From the IMG/VR virus record IMGVR_UViG_3300049914_000058, positions 1 to 54,032 of that record: a stretch of 54,032 nt of DNA; one strand, given 5' to 3'. Position numbers and translations under genes: made by a program. The notes beneath the pieces were generated by a model that was given only the letters and a program-made list of their open reading frames with translations, was not told the DNA's origin and did no database searches. Each line of letters begins with the position of its first letter. Positions within the stretch are counted from its first letter, which is position 1. Shown here piece after piece: positions 28,642-37,444 of the stretch. The stretch comes from a virus (lineage: Duplodnaviria > Caudoviricetes).

Positions 28642-29088
28642 ATGATAACAAACCTTCCAGTTAGCGGTGGCGGACAATCAGGCGGATTTTTACAATCCCT
28701 GTTAAGTCCACTTGAAAGTTTAGCACCTGTTCTACCTACGTCAATGTTGTCGGAAATACTTGGTTCCATTGATACTCTTAATCCATTAGGCGGTTTATCC
28801 GGTGGACCTGGAATGATACAAGGTTTATTTGATGAAAGTGTACCTAATACAGGATTAACTGGAATACTTGATATGCTTAACTTGAAAGGCAGATTGCCAA
28901 AGGGTTGGCTTGCTACTGGCAGAGATGCCGCCCCTATAGTCGGTTCTGCTTTTGGTAATGTATTTATGCCTGGATTTGGCGGCCCGTTAGGTTCTGCCGC
29001 AGGTAGTATCGGTTCGTCAATAGCATTTGGAAATGCAGGTGATTCGTGGAAACATCCCATTACTCCTACTATTAACTATATCCATTAA
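28642..29088 (+). CDS. Gly-rich hydrophobic protein, putative ejection protein
   Basis: Glycine-zipper-like GGPLGSAAGSIGS. Confidence 0.5.
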   Translation: MITNLPVSGGGQSGGFLQSLLSPLESLAPVLPTSMLSEILGSIDTLNPLGGLSGGPGMIQGLFDESVPNTGLTGILDMLNLKGRLPKGWLATGRDAAPIVGSAFGNVFMPGFGGPLGSAAGSIGSSIAFGNAGDSWKHPITPTINYIH

Positions 29089-29102
29089 GAAAGGTTTAAA
29101 AG

Positions 29103-29723
29103 ATGATTACTAATACGGGTGTTAAAAGCGTTGATTATGGTTCGGCTGGTAAATACGGCGGTTCTGCTATGGCTGGAGCGGAGATTCTGGATTATCTCAA
29201 AAAGTCCCAGGAATTGAAGAAACAGAATAGCACTCTGAATCGTTTTATAGAACTGTCTGCACAGGGATATAGACCAGACCAAGCATATTCTGTACTCCAA
29301 AACGAAAATGCAACTCAACAAAGACAAGGATTGTTACAAATAGTACTTCAAATGATTCAAGGATTATCTGGTCAGGCAAATACTGGTGGTCAAGGTGCGC
29401 CAAATCAACAAATGCAAGCTCCTATAAATCCTGATTGGGCAAAAGCTACTGGCGGTGCTATAGGTGGTTCACAATTTACTATAAATCCATCAACATCTCC
29501 TGTTCGTCGAACTGCTCCTACATATCTTCCGCAACTATCGAGGAAGATTGCAGAAGGTGGATATAAACCTACTGGTGCAAAAAGTACAACCGGAACATCA
29601 ACTCAAATGGGAAACAATTCATTAGAAGGAATAAGTGATTTGCCACAGGAAATTCAAGATAAATTAAGTAGAGGAATACCACCTACATCAGCCGACTGGA
29701 AAGTTATATTTAACAAAGGATAA
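29103..29723 (+). CDS. Putative ejection/internal virion protein
   Basis: Q/G-rich; position. Confidence 0.45.
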   Translation: MITNTGVKSVDYGSAGKYGGSAMAGAEILDYLKKSQELKKQNSTLNRFIELSAQGYRPDQAYSVLQNENATQQRQGLLQIVLQMIQGLSGQANTGGQGAPNQQMQAPINPDWAKATGGAIGGSQFTINPSTSPVRRTAPTYLPQLSRKIAEGGYKPTGAKSTTGTSTQMGNNSLEGISDLPQEIQDKLSRGIPPTSADWKVIFNKG

Positions 29724-29727
29724 GAAT

Positions 29728-31071
29728 ATGAGTGAAAACAGCATATTAGACTTTATGAGATATAAAAACGAAGCATTGCAAAACCAGATACTTTCTCCGA
29801 TTGAAATGGAGAATATGGCAATATCAAGAGAGAACAGGTCTGTATCGAGAGAGGAGTTATCTGTTAAAAGACAGGAAAGATTGGACGAGACAGAAGATGC
29901 TCGGAAATTCTCTGGTTTGCTCAATGACTTGCAAAATAAAGACCCAAGCATGATAGATTATCCTGAATTTAAGACACGAAATTATAATGCACTGGCCGCA
30001 CAGTTGGCTATAAACCGAAATAAAGCAAAAAAGACGAAAATTGAAACTATACAAGACCCGCAAACCGGAGAAAATGTAGACCAACTTGTAGATATGAATT
30101 CTGGTGAAGTTATAAGGTTTTTAGGTAGGTCAAAGAAGCCCCCAGAAAAACCATTAACTCCAAGTGCGCAAATAACTCAATTGGAATTAGACCAATTGGG
30201 CAAAATGGGTCCAGAAAAACAAAAGGCTTTCTGGGACAGGAAAATGCTGGGAGTAACTCCTACAAAACTTAATGCTACGCAAAATGATATTAAGAATACT
30301 ATTGCTGAGGAACAAAAGATTAGCCCTGACGATGTAACTTGGCCCCAAATTCACGAAAGAGAAATGTTGGATTTTGAGAAGAAGGCTAAAATTACTGGTG
30401 AGGCAAGAGGTGAAGCGTATGGTGTATCCAGAAAAGTAAATGTCTATGATACCAAAACCAGCGGAATGAAAACTATGAATATGAACGATTTTAATAAACT
30501 TAACAAGGCCGAACCCGACAGGTATCTTGATGAAGCAACAGCAGCACCGATACTTGAAAAAACTGCAAACTTTAATGAAATGTTAGGTTCAAGTGGAAAT
30601 GTTCGTAAGGCATTAGATAAAATGCCGGAATTTACTACTATGCAAAGAATACAACTTTCTATGATATTAAGGTCAAGAGATTCTTCATCTGCCGTATCTT
30701 CGTTTCTTGCAGGTTCCATCGGCCAAACCTTATCTCCCGAACAACAGGATTATGTAATAAATCTTCAAAACTTAATTGAAAGTGCAGTGAGAATAGCAAG
30801 GACAGGTCAAGGTTCTGATACATTGAGAGGGGTTATTTGGGATATGATACCAAGTGCGGCAACGTGGAGTAAAGAAGCGGCATATAAATATCTTGACGCT
30901 TTTGATGCAGAAGTGGCAAGACTTAAAAAGGGTCTTCCGAAAATTAAGTTACCGGAAGAAGTTGAAGGTTTAATCGGTAATGAACCAAATATACCAACAG
31001 TTTCTACAACTCGTACTCCAGAACAGGAACAAAGGTATCAGGAATTACTTAAAAAGGCAGGAGGTAAATAA
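29728..31071 (+). CDS. Putative ejection/internal virion protein
   Basis: 447-aa helical protein ending 'LLKKAGGK'; position. Confidence 0.5.
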   Translation: MSENSILDFMRYKNEALQNQILSPIEMENMAISRENRSVSREELSVKRQERLDETEDARKFSGLLNDLQNKDPSMIDYPEFKTRNYNALAAQLAINRNKAKKTKIETIQDPQTGENVDQLVDMNSGEVIRFLGRSKKPPEKPLTPSAQITQLELDQLGKMGPEKQKAFWDRKMLGVTPTKLNATQNDIKNTIAEEQKISPDDVTWPQIHEREMLDFEKKAKITGEARGEAYGVSRKVNVYDTKTSGMKTMNMNDFNKLNKAEPDRYLDEATAAPILEKTANFNEMLGSSGNVRKALDKMPEFTTMQRIQLSMILRSRDSSSAVSSFLAGSIGQTLSPEQQDYVINLQNLIESAVRIARTGQGSDTLRGVIWDMIPSAATWSKEAAYKYLDAFDAEVARLKKGLPKIKLPEEVEGLIGNEPNIPTVSTTRTPEQEQRYQELLKKAGGK

Positions 31072-34000
31072 TGCTGACTCCGGCTGAACAAAAAGAATTA
31101 GAACAATTACAAGGTATGAGTTCTCCAGATGTAAACCAAGAACAATGGCAACCAAACCAGAATGATTTACGAGTAGACGGAACACAAAAAGGTAAGGGCT
31201 TTTTAGGTGTTTTACGAAGACCTGATGGTAGGGTATCTTCTGAGTTATCTATAGGTGTAAAATTGGGCGGTAAGGAAACAGAGATACCTTCCCTTGTACC
31301 GACTCTTGATGATAAAGAGAAACAATATCTTTTGAATACGCCAGAGGACAAAATCTTTACTGCCAACCCTGCATTATACAAATCTATAGAACAAAAAGCG
31401 ACTAACCACGCAAAAAAACGAATTGCAGAGGGCAAAAGTCCTTTTGCTCAAGAGGGTGAACAATTACATCCTAATCTTACTACTGCCGAACAACAGGAAT
31501 TAACAAGTTTACAACAAATGAGTCCTGTAACTACTCCATCCCGTGTTCGTCCTAAGCCGATAACAACCGAAGAATATCAAATGGAACTGGCAGGAAAAGA
31601 TTCCGGCAATCCTTATGCAAGAAAATTGGCCGTTGAGGAACTATCAAAAACTTTACCTACAACTGCGATATCTACGGTAAGTGTAGGTGCGATTAAATCG
31701 GTTGGTGGACTGGCAAGAAGTGTAAATACTATCGGTAGCGCCGTTGCGGATTATATGCACATACCAGATTCTTACAGACCTGAATTTATGAATATGGTAG
31801 CTAATAGATTGGCAGGCAGAGGTGAGTTCTGGAGTCAAGTTTCAGATGAAATGGGTGCAAGTAAGATTCAAAAGATTGCAGGTGAGGTTGTAGGTAGTCT
31901 TCCGGTGGCAAGTAAAATTTGGAGTCCTTATGGTACAGGAGGATTAGGTACTGTAACTGGAGTTGGTCTGGCTGCAACATTAGGGGCGGCAGAACAGAAA
32001 AAGAAAAGTGGTACTATTGGATTTGGTGGTATTAAAGAAGAAGCTAAAGTATTGGGAATGGGTACAGTTAAAGGTATAGAACGTTTTGTATTAGGAAAAG
32101 TTCTTGATAAATTATCTGGTATTAAGAGTCCTATTGCCCGCAGGACTCTTGGTGCAGCAACATTGGCAACATCGGCGGCTATGAGAGGTGGTAAGTTAGA
32201 AGAAGTATTAACTCAAGCGGCATTAGGCGGTATCTTAACTGGTTATAATTCCAGATACAATAAACCTTTATCTGAAGTTAAACAAATGGCTGCAAACCAA
32301 AAAGCAGAAGCTTTAAAATCCGGCGATACTGTAAGGGCAGAAAGGTTAGGCCAGATAGAACAGCAGATTGGAGAAGAAATAACTTTACAGAAGGCAGGAG
32401 GACGTTCCGATAGAGGACAATTGACTGGTAAACCTACAACAATAAAGACGGTAAAGGATATTTCTGGTTTGATAGGTGGTACTAAACTTAATACTTTAGA
32501 GACTGTAACTAATCCTATGGCCTTGCAGAAAATAGGGAAAAACATTGTCGAACAACCGTTGGCAGGTGCAAAGGCACAAGAACTTGCAAATGTCGCAAAA
32601 TCTGCGACTGGTACGATAAAACAAAAGTTAGCACAAGGTCAACAGAATATAACTAATCTGTCAGAAAGAGCAACCGGAATAACAGAGAAGACTTCACAAG
32701 TAGTAAATGAAAAGATTAAACAAACATCTGCTAATGTTGCCAATACGATAGACAGTATCAGGGCTGACGCTTCTGTAAAATTAGGAACTGAAATACCTGC
32801 CGACCCTTATGAGCGGTCGATAATGTTCGAGGGTAAATATCAACCATTATTTGAGGCTATAAATGCTACCGGACAGAAGGTAGATGTAAAACCTGTCAGG
32901 GTGGCGGCGGGAATTGTAAAAGGTGCAGTTGAAGAAAATCCGATAAATTATAAATACATTAAAGATTCTTCTGTGCCAGGAGGCATTAGAGTAGAAAGAA
33001 CAAATATAACTGATATGGAAACTATTATACAAACGGGAATTAAAGACGGTTTTACTACCAATCAGGCAAAACAAATAGTTTCTATGATACCGGAAAATCC
33101 GACTATTGATATTGCGCACGCCGCTAAATCTGCTTTAGGCAGGGCAGCGGTAAATGCTAAAAATGCAGATGCGTCAAGAATACTTAACAAGGCCAAATTT
33201 GCATTAGAAAACCAGATGAACAGAACTGCGGCAGCGGCAGGTAAATCTGGTGAATTACAGAAAATAGACAGTGCAAACAATCAGGCAAAACTATTTGATG
33301 AATTGACCACAAAATATAATCAATATACTAATCTTGACCCAACTACTGGAGAACGTATATTAAGAGGTGAGGATTTTGCAAAATTCCTAAAGGACAACTA
33401 CAGAGACTTAGTAAATATAAGTAAACTTCACCCAAACAAATCACAGGAAATGGTCAAGATGGGATTACAGACTGAAACTCTAAAGGGTTTATCTGGTGCT
33501 AAAACTATTGAAAAATTAACACAACTCGGCAAAGACAATCCTAAATTACTTAAAGAATTATATCCTGATAGTCCTCAAATAATAGACACATTAACAAAAA
33601 TTCAAACAAGAATAGATAGAATTGATAAGTCGCCACTCCGAAAGCAAATGGGCGATTTTGCAGAAGGTTTGAAAACTAATTCATCAAAGGCCGCTTCTGA
33701 TTTACTGGAGAATCCTGATATTACTCAACCTGCTAAAATAAGAGCCGTATACAAAACAATAGGTGCAGAAGATTCTGCACAATTACAGGCAAGAATGATT
33801 GAAAATTTTCTTACCGAATCGGGAAAACCTAATCAAAGAATAGGTGGCAGGGTGGCTAAAGGATTTACTCTTGCTGAAAGAATTGACTCAATACCAGAAA
33901 CTAACTGGAGAACGGCATTTCCTAATAATCCAAACATTAAAGAAAATTTACAAGAATTAAGTCGTATCGCTGCAAGGCAACAAAAACCTTCTGATGTCGG

Positions 34001-34322
34001 TGGTTTACCCAGAATAACATATCTTTTGGAACGCTCACCCTTAATTATAGGAACATATAGTATTTTAAGAGGCAAGGGTGTCGGGGTATTGTCAAGAGCA
34101 GGAGCAGAAATAGCTACAATACTGGGCATAGAAAGACTTGCAGCAAATTATCTGGCTAATCCTGATGCTGCCAAATTATTCTTAAAGAATATAGAAGCAA
34201 CTAATCCGAATACAGGTGTAATTAGAAAATTGGTTTCTTTTGTAAATATCCCTCGACAAACCCAAATGGCCAATGAAGATAAGTTAAACAACTACCCTGA
34301 TATTATTTATAGAAAGAAATGA
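31071..34322 (+). CDS. Large putative DNA-transfer/ejection protein
   Basis: 1083 aa; N-terminal 'R-x-DGT-x-KG-x-GFLG-x-L...SE-x-SIG...EIPSLVPTL' module flanked by 'LT-x-AEQ-x-EL-x-x-LQ' repeats; glycine-zipper middle; last large gene of the virion module. Confidence 0.6.
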   Translation: MLTPAEQKELEQLQGMSSPDVNQEQWQPNQNDLRVDGTQKGKGFLGVLRRPDGRVSSELSIGVKLGGKETEIPSLVPTLDDKEKQYLLNTPEDKIFTANPALYKSIEQKATNHAKKRIAEGKSPFAQEGEQLHPNLTTAEQQELTSLQQMSPVTTPSRVRPKPITTEEYQMELAGKDSGNPYARKLAVEELSKTLPTTAISTVSVGAIKSVGGLARSVNTIGSAVADYMHIPDSYRPEFMNMVANRLAGRGEFWSQVSDEMGASKIQKIAGEVVGSLPVASKIWSPYGTGGLGTVTGVGLAATLGAAEQKKKSGTIGFGGIKEEAKVLGMGTVKGIERFVLGKVLDKLSGIKSPIARRTLGAATLATSAAMRGGKLEEVLTQAALGGILTGYNSRYNKPLSEVKQMAANQKAEALKSGDTVRAERLGQIEQQIGEEITLQKAGGRSDRGQLTGKPTTIKTVKDISGLIGGTKLNTLETVTNPMALQKIGKNIVEQPLAGAKAQELANVAKSATGTIKQKLAQGQQNITNLSERATGITEKTSQVVNEKIKQTSANVANTIDSIRADASVKLGTEIPADPYERSIMFEGKYQPLFEAINATGQKVDVKPVRVAAGIVKGAVEENPINYKYIKDSSVPGGIRVERTNITDMETIIQTGIKDGFTTNQAKQIVSMIPENPTIDIAHAAKSALGRAAVNAKNADASRILNKAKFALENQMNRTAAAAGKSGELQKIDSANNQAKLFDELTTKYNQYTNLDPTTGERILRGEDFAKFLKDNYRDLVNISKLHPNKSQEMVKMGLQTETLKGLSGAKTIEKLTQLGKDNPKLLKELYPDSPQIIDTLTKIQTRIDRIDKSPLRKQMGDFAEGLKTNSSKAASDLLENPDITQPAKIRAVYKTIGAEDSAQLQARMIENFLTESGKPNQRIGGRVAKGFTLAERIDSIPETNWRTAFPNNPNIKENLQELSRIAARQQKPSDVGGLPRITYLLERSPLIIGTYSILRGKGVGVLSRAGAEIATILGIERLAANYLANPDAAKLFLKNIEATNPNTGVIRKLVSFVNIPRQTQMANEDKLNNYPDIIYRKK

Positions 34323-34362
34323 CCGGACTCACAGCCGATAACTCAAATATAAGGAAAGTTTT

Positions 34363-34677
34363 ATGACAACAACGTTTCAAATGAATGGTACATTTAAGTT
34401 CATCATCAGTCATATTGTAATTATCGGCGGTGTAGTCGGCGCACTTATCACCGTAGGTCGATGGCTTGAATCGACGAGAGGGGATATAACTTATCTGAAA
34501 GAATGTGCTATTAAAGTTGAGAGCAGGATAGAACCACAGGTAATTAAACACGATTTGGATATAGCCGTTATGAAAGAAAGTTTTGTAAATTTAAGGCAGG
34601 GTCAACAGGAAATCAACGATACGCTCAAGGAACTGAACCGCAATATCCAAAGGCATATAAACAAAAATGGCCCGTAA
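34363..34677 (+). CDS. Membrane-anchored coiled-coil protein (holin/haemolysin-XhlA-like)
   Basis: One N-terminal TM plus coiled coil at the end of the late operon. Confidence 0.5.
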   Translation: MTTTFQMNGTFKFIISHIVIIGGVVGALITVGRWLESTRGDITYLKECAIKVESRIEPQVIKHDLDIAVMKESFVNLRQGQQEINDTLKELNRNIQRHINKNGP

Positions 34678-34697
34678 TCTTCTTCTCCTCTCCTCCT

Positions 34698-34734
34698 GCG
34701 GCGGATAACCTAAAAAATTATCCGCCGTTTTTTT
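34698..34734 (+). terminator. Rho-independent terminator ending the late operon
   Basis: GCGGCGGATAA / TTATCCGCCGT plus TTTTTT. Confidence 0.8.
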
Positions 34735-34735
34735 A

Positions 34736-34863
34736 TTGACTTATTATTGGAACAGACTAATATATAAATATGCGTCAAGATATAAAACAATTAAAGCTGG
34801 ATAGGCTCAATTCTTGGCAGGTACTCTGCCGGTCTTGGCGCAGGCCTATCCGGCTTTTTTATT
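34736..34863 (+). promoter_or_regulatory. Promoter and structured leader (leaderless 31-codon uORF, terminator) for HNH-AP2 gene 1
   Basis: TTGACT-16-TAATAT; ATG 34770 at the expected +1; stem AAAGCTGGATAGGC / GCCTATCCGGCTTT plus T-run. Confidence 0.65.
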
Positions 34864-34873
34864 GAGATGATTT

Positions 34874-35377
34874 ATGAGAGAAATTCCATTAACACAAGGT
34901 AAAGTAGCGTTAGTTGATGATGAGGATTTTGAGAGAATAAATCAGCATAAATGGTATTTGCGTAAATTTAAAGGTCGTTTATATGCGGAAAGAGATACTC
35001 GTCCAAAAAGACAAAAAATAAAAATGCACCGTGAAGTTTTAAGGCTTAAATATGGTGAAGATAAAATAATTGACCATCGCAATCATAATGGCCTCGATAA
35101 CCGGCGATGCAATCTACGCATTTGCACAAATGCCGAAAATACTCACAACCAAAGAGCGCAAACAAGGCAAAAAACCTCAAAATACAAAGGTGTTCATTGG
35201 AACAAAAAAGACCATAGATGGCACGCACAAATTAAATATAATAACAAAATATATCATTTGGGAACTTTTATTTACGAAGTTGATGCCGCCAAAATATATG
35301 ATAGAAGGGCCATAGAGTTATTTGGTGATTATGCCTGTCCAAATTTCCCCATTGAGAATTATCGGCAAATTGCGTAA
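34874..35377 (+). CDS. HNH-AP2 homing endonuclease 1
   Basis: IPLTQGKVALVDDED; DHRNHNGLDNRRCNLR; SKYKGV...A...YD AP2-like domain. Confidence 0.92.
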   Translation: MREIPLTQGKVALVDDEDFERINQHKWYLRKFKGRLYAERDTRPKRQKIKMHREVLRLKYGEDKIIDHRNHNGLDNRRCNLRICTNAENTHNQRAQTRQKTSKYKGVHWNKKDHRWHAQIKYNNKIYHLGTFIYEVDAAKIYDRRAIELFGDYACPNFPIENYRQIA

Positions 35378-35867
35378 ATAGTGTTTCTTACCGCTGGACG
35401 GTATCAGGTATAATTGGCGAAGCCTTAAAGTGCTATGCAACCAAAATTGGCGTTAAATAGTATCTCATAGAATATACACAAATCCATAGTTGCTATCGAA
35501 ATGGCCTTTTGTGATAGGCAGATTCTCCCAAGAGGCCGCGTTGCCAACACGACCTACACGGTCGCTACGAAGCCTGCCAAGCCCTTTGTTTGCCTTTTAA
35601 ATCGATGAACGTTCTGCCGTTGGGGTAATTTCACCCAGACGCGCCATATTGCAAAAACACACCCAGTTTTTAAACAAATAACAAGGAAATGTTCGTTTTT
35701 AAGTTAAAAACATTAACGCTGTATAACCCCGCGCAAAATGAAACATATTAAATGGAATAATTCACTTTTCGCAAAGAGGCGAAATGCGCAAATAGGCCAA
35801 AGGGAAAAGAGCGATAATACAAGACTTTATGGAAAAATAAATCTTGTTTAAAATAGCAATTTTTCTA

Positions 35868-35895
35868 TTGACAGCTAAAGTTTACTTGCTATACT
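35868..35895 (+). promoter_or_regulatory. Strong sigma70-type promoter for the early arm
   Basis: TTGACA-16-TATACT with an upstream AT-rich tract. Confidence 0.7.
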
Positions 35896-35935
35896 TGCCG
35901 ATGTATTGATTAACCAATTTTTAGGAAATAGACCA

Positions 35936-36070
35936 ATGGCTAACATATATGTTGATAATGACACAAAAGTAAATCTTGACAAACTCATCGAACGAGAATG
36001 TAGGTCAATAAGCGATGAAATAAAATTTCTTATTGATAATAGGTTGGCAGAATTGGAGAAGGTAAAATGA
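35936..36070 (+). CDS. Ribbon-helix-helix (Arc/CopG-like) regulator, 44 aa (missing from the ORF track)
   Basis: MANIYVDNDTKVNLDKLIERECRSISDEIKFLIDNRLAELEKVK: alternating beta strand, helix A, 'RS-x-S-x-x-I-x-x-LI' helix B; AGGA RBS; first substantial ORF after the promoter. Confidence 0.7.
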   Translation: MANIYVDNDTKVNLDKLIERECRSISDEIKFLIDNRLAELEKVK

Positions 36071-36222
36071 TAACATTAGCTTTTGGTGTAACTGTTTATT
36101 TGATTCTTAAAAAAGGTGCAACGTATTTCGATATACCAGTGGCCTTATGGGTTATTTCCTTTATTTGCGATACTATTGTATTTTTTGGAACGGCTTATTT
36201 TATTTGGGGACAAGGAAAATGA
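36067..36222 (+). CDS. Small two-TM membrane protein, 51 aa (missing from the ORF track)
   Basis: ATGA-coupled; MITLAFGVTVYLILKKGATYFDIPVALWVISFICDTIVFFGTAYFIWGQGK. Confidence 0.55.
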   Translation: MITLAFGVTVYLILKKGATYFDIPVALWVISFICDTIVFFGTAYFIWGQGK

Positions 36223-36355
36223 ATATCGAACTGATAAATAATATATTTGCAAAAAAATTTTCTTCCTCCTCCGCGAGCAGGTGCGTTTCTTCACCGGGCG
36301 CAACTGCTCGTTTGAAATCAGAAAGTTAAAACTTTTAAAAATAAAGGAGTGTTCA

Positions 36356-37426
36356 ATGTGTCAACCAGCCGCCTTCGTAGTAGATTTTAAGGAGAAAGTT
36401 ATGAGCGAGCCTGCAAGTTTTGCCGTTACCAAAGCAAACGGAGATTATATTGCGTATTGGTCTGAAAATTCCGACAGCCACGAAGTTATCAAAAAAGAAA
36501 ACGGCCTCGATAAAATAGACATCCCGAATGTTCGGGGTGAGGCAAGACTTATTCCTTGCGAAATTACTCCGCCGAAAAACGACTTTAGACTGCCACTCGA
36601 CCAATGGATTTTTACATCGGATATATCGCCGGAATGGGCGGACATGACAGAGGTAGAAAAAGTATGCAGAAAGGTTCTACCGGACTGGCTGGCGGCAAAT
36701 GTGATATTGCCGAAACAAAAATACGACACTACGAATAAGTATTATGCTGCAATTTGCGGCACGATTAACTATGTCTCTGGCGGCACGATTAACTATGTCT
36801 CTGGCGGCACGATTAACGAAGTCTCTGGCGGCACGATTAACAAAGTCTATGGCGGCACGATTGACTATGTCTCTGGCGGCACGATTGACTATGTCTCTGG
36901 CGGCACGATTAACGAAGTCTCTGGCGGCACGATTAACAAAGTCTCTGGCGGCACGATTAACGAAGTCTATAGCGGCACGATTAACTATGTCTATGGCGGC
37001 ACGATTAACTATGTCTATAGCGGCACGATTGACAAAGTCTCTGGCGGCACGATTAACTATGTCTCTGGCGGCACGATTAACGAAGTCTCTGGCGGCACGA
37101 TTAACTATGTCTATGGCGGCACGATTAACTATGTCTATAGCGGCACGATTGACGAAGTCTATAGCGGCACGATTAACTATGTCTATGGCGGCACGATTAA
37201 CTATGTCTATAGCGGCACGATTGACGAAGTCTCTGGCGGCACGATTAACAAAGTCTATGGCGGCACGATTGACTATGTCTCTGGCGATTTCCCTAAAAAA
37301 ATTACCGGTCATACGACGATTGTGAATTACGGTAGTTTAACTCCTGATATTCTCAAATCTTCAAAAGCCGTAATGATAGACCGTTCAAAAGATACGGTCG
37401 TCTGTTATGTGGGGAAAGACGAATAG
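36356..37426 (+). CDS. Beta-solenoid repeat protein with 22 octapeptide repeats
   Basis: AAGGAG RBS before ATG 36356; N-terminal MC..A-x-F...SDSHE..I...E-x-TPP domain; (G/S)GTI(N/D)(Y/E/K)V(S/Y) x22. Confidence 0.8.
   Translation: MCQPAAFVVDFKEKVMSEPASFAVTKANGDYIAYWSENSDSHEVIKKENGLDKIDIPNVRGEARLIPCEITPPKNDFRLPLDQWIFTSDISPEWADMTEVEKVCRKVLPDWLAANVILPKQKYDTTNKYYAAICGTINYVSGGTINYVSGGTINEVSGGTINKVYGGTIDYVSGGTIDYVSGGTINEVSGGTINKVSGGTINEVYSGTINYVYGGTINYVYSGTIDKVSGGTINYVSGGTINEVSGGTINYVYGGTINYVYSGTIDEVYSGTINYVYGGTINYVYSGTIDEVSGGTINKVYGGTIDYVSGDFPKKITGHTTIVNYGSLTPDILKSSKAVMIDRSKDTVVCYVGKDE
36755..37282 (+). repeat. 24-bp coding tandem repeat, 22 units
   Basis: Consensus RGCGGCACGATTRAC(TAT/GAA/AAA)GTCTMT. 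Confidence 0.95.
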
Positions 37427-37444
37427 TTGTAAATAACAGAGCAA

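Noticed and set aside
35385-35620. Minus-strand frame interrupted only by TAG codons, suggesting stop-codon recoding
   Set aside because: The product has no recognisable features, TAG terminates normal genes (for example recT at 43220), genes are intact in code 11, and no suppressor tRNA was seen.
36755-37282. 24-bp repeats as a CRISPR array or DGR template/variable repeat
   Set aside because: Units are contiguous with no spacers and are in-frame coding; no cas or reverse transcriptase genes and no separate TR/VR pair were seen.
36677-37325. Alternative-frame ORFs (AARLTMSL..., minus-strand VNRAAID...)
   Set aside because: They are by-products of a stop-free tandem repeat; the frame with the RBS and unique flanking domains is 36356..37426.
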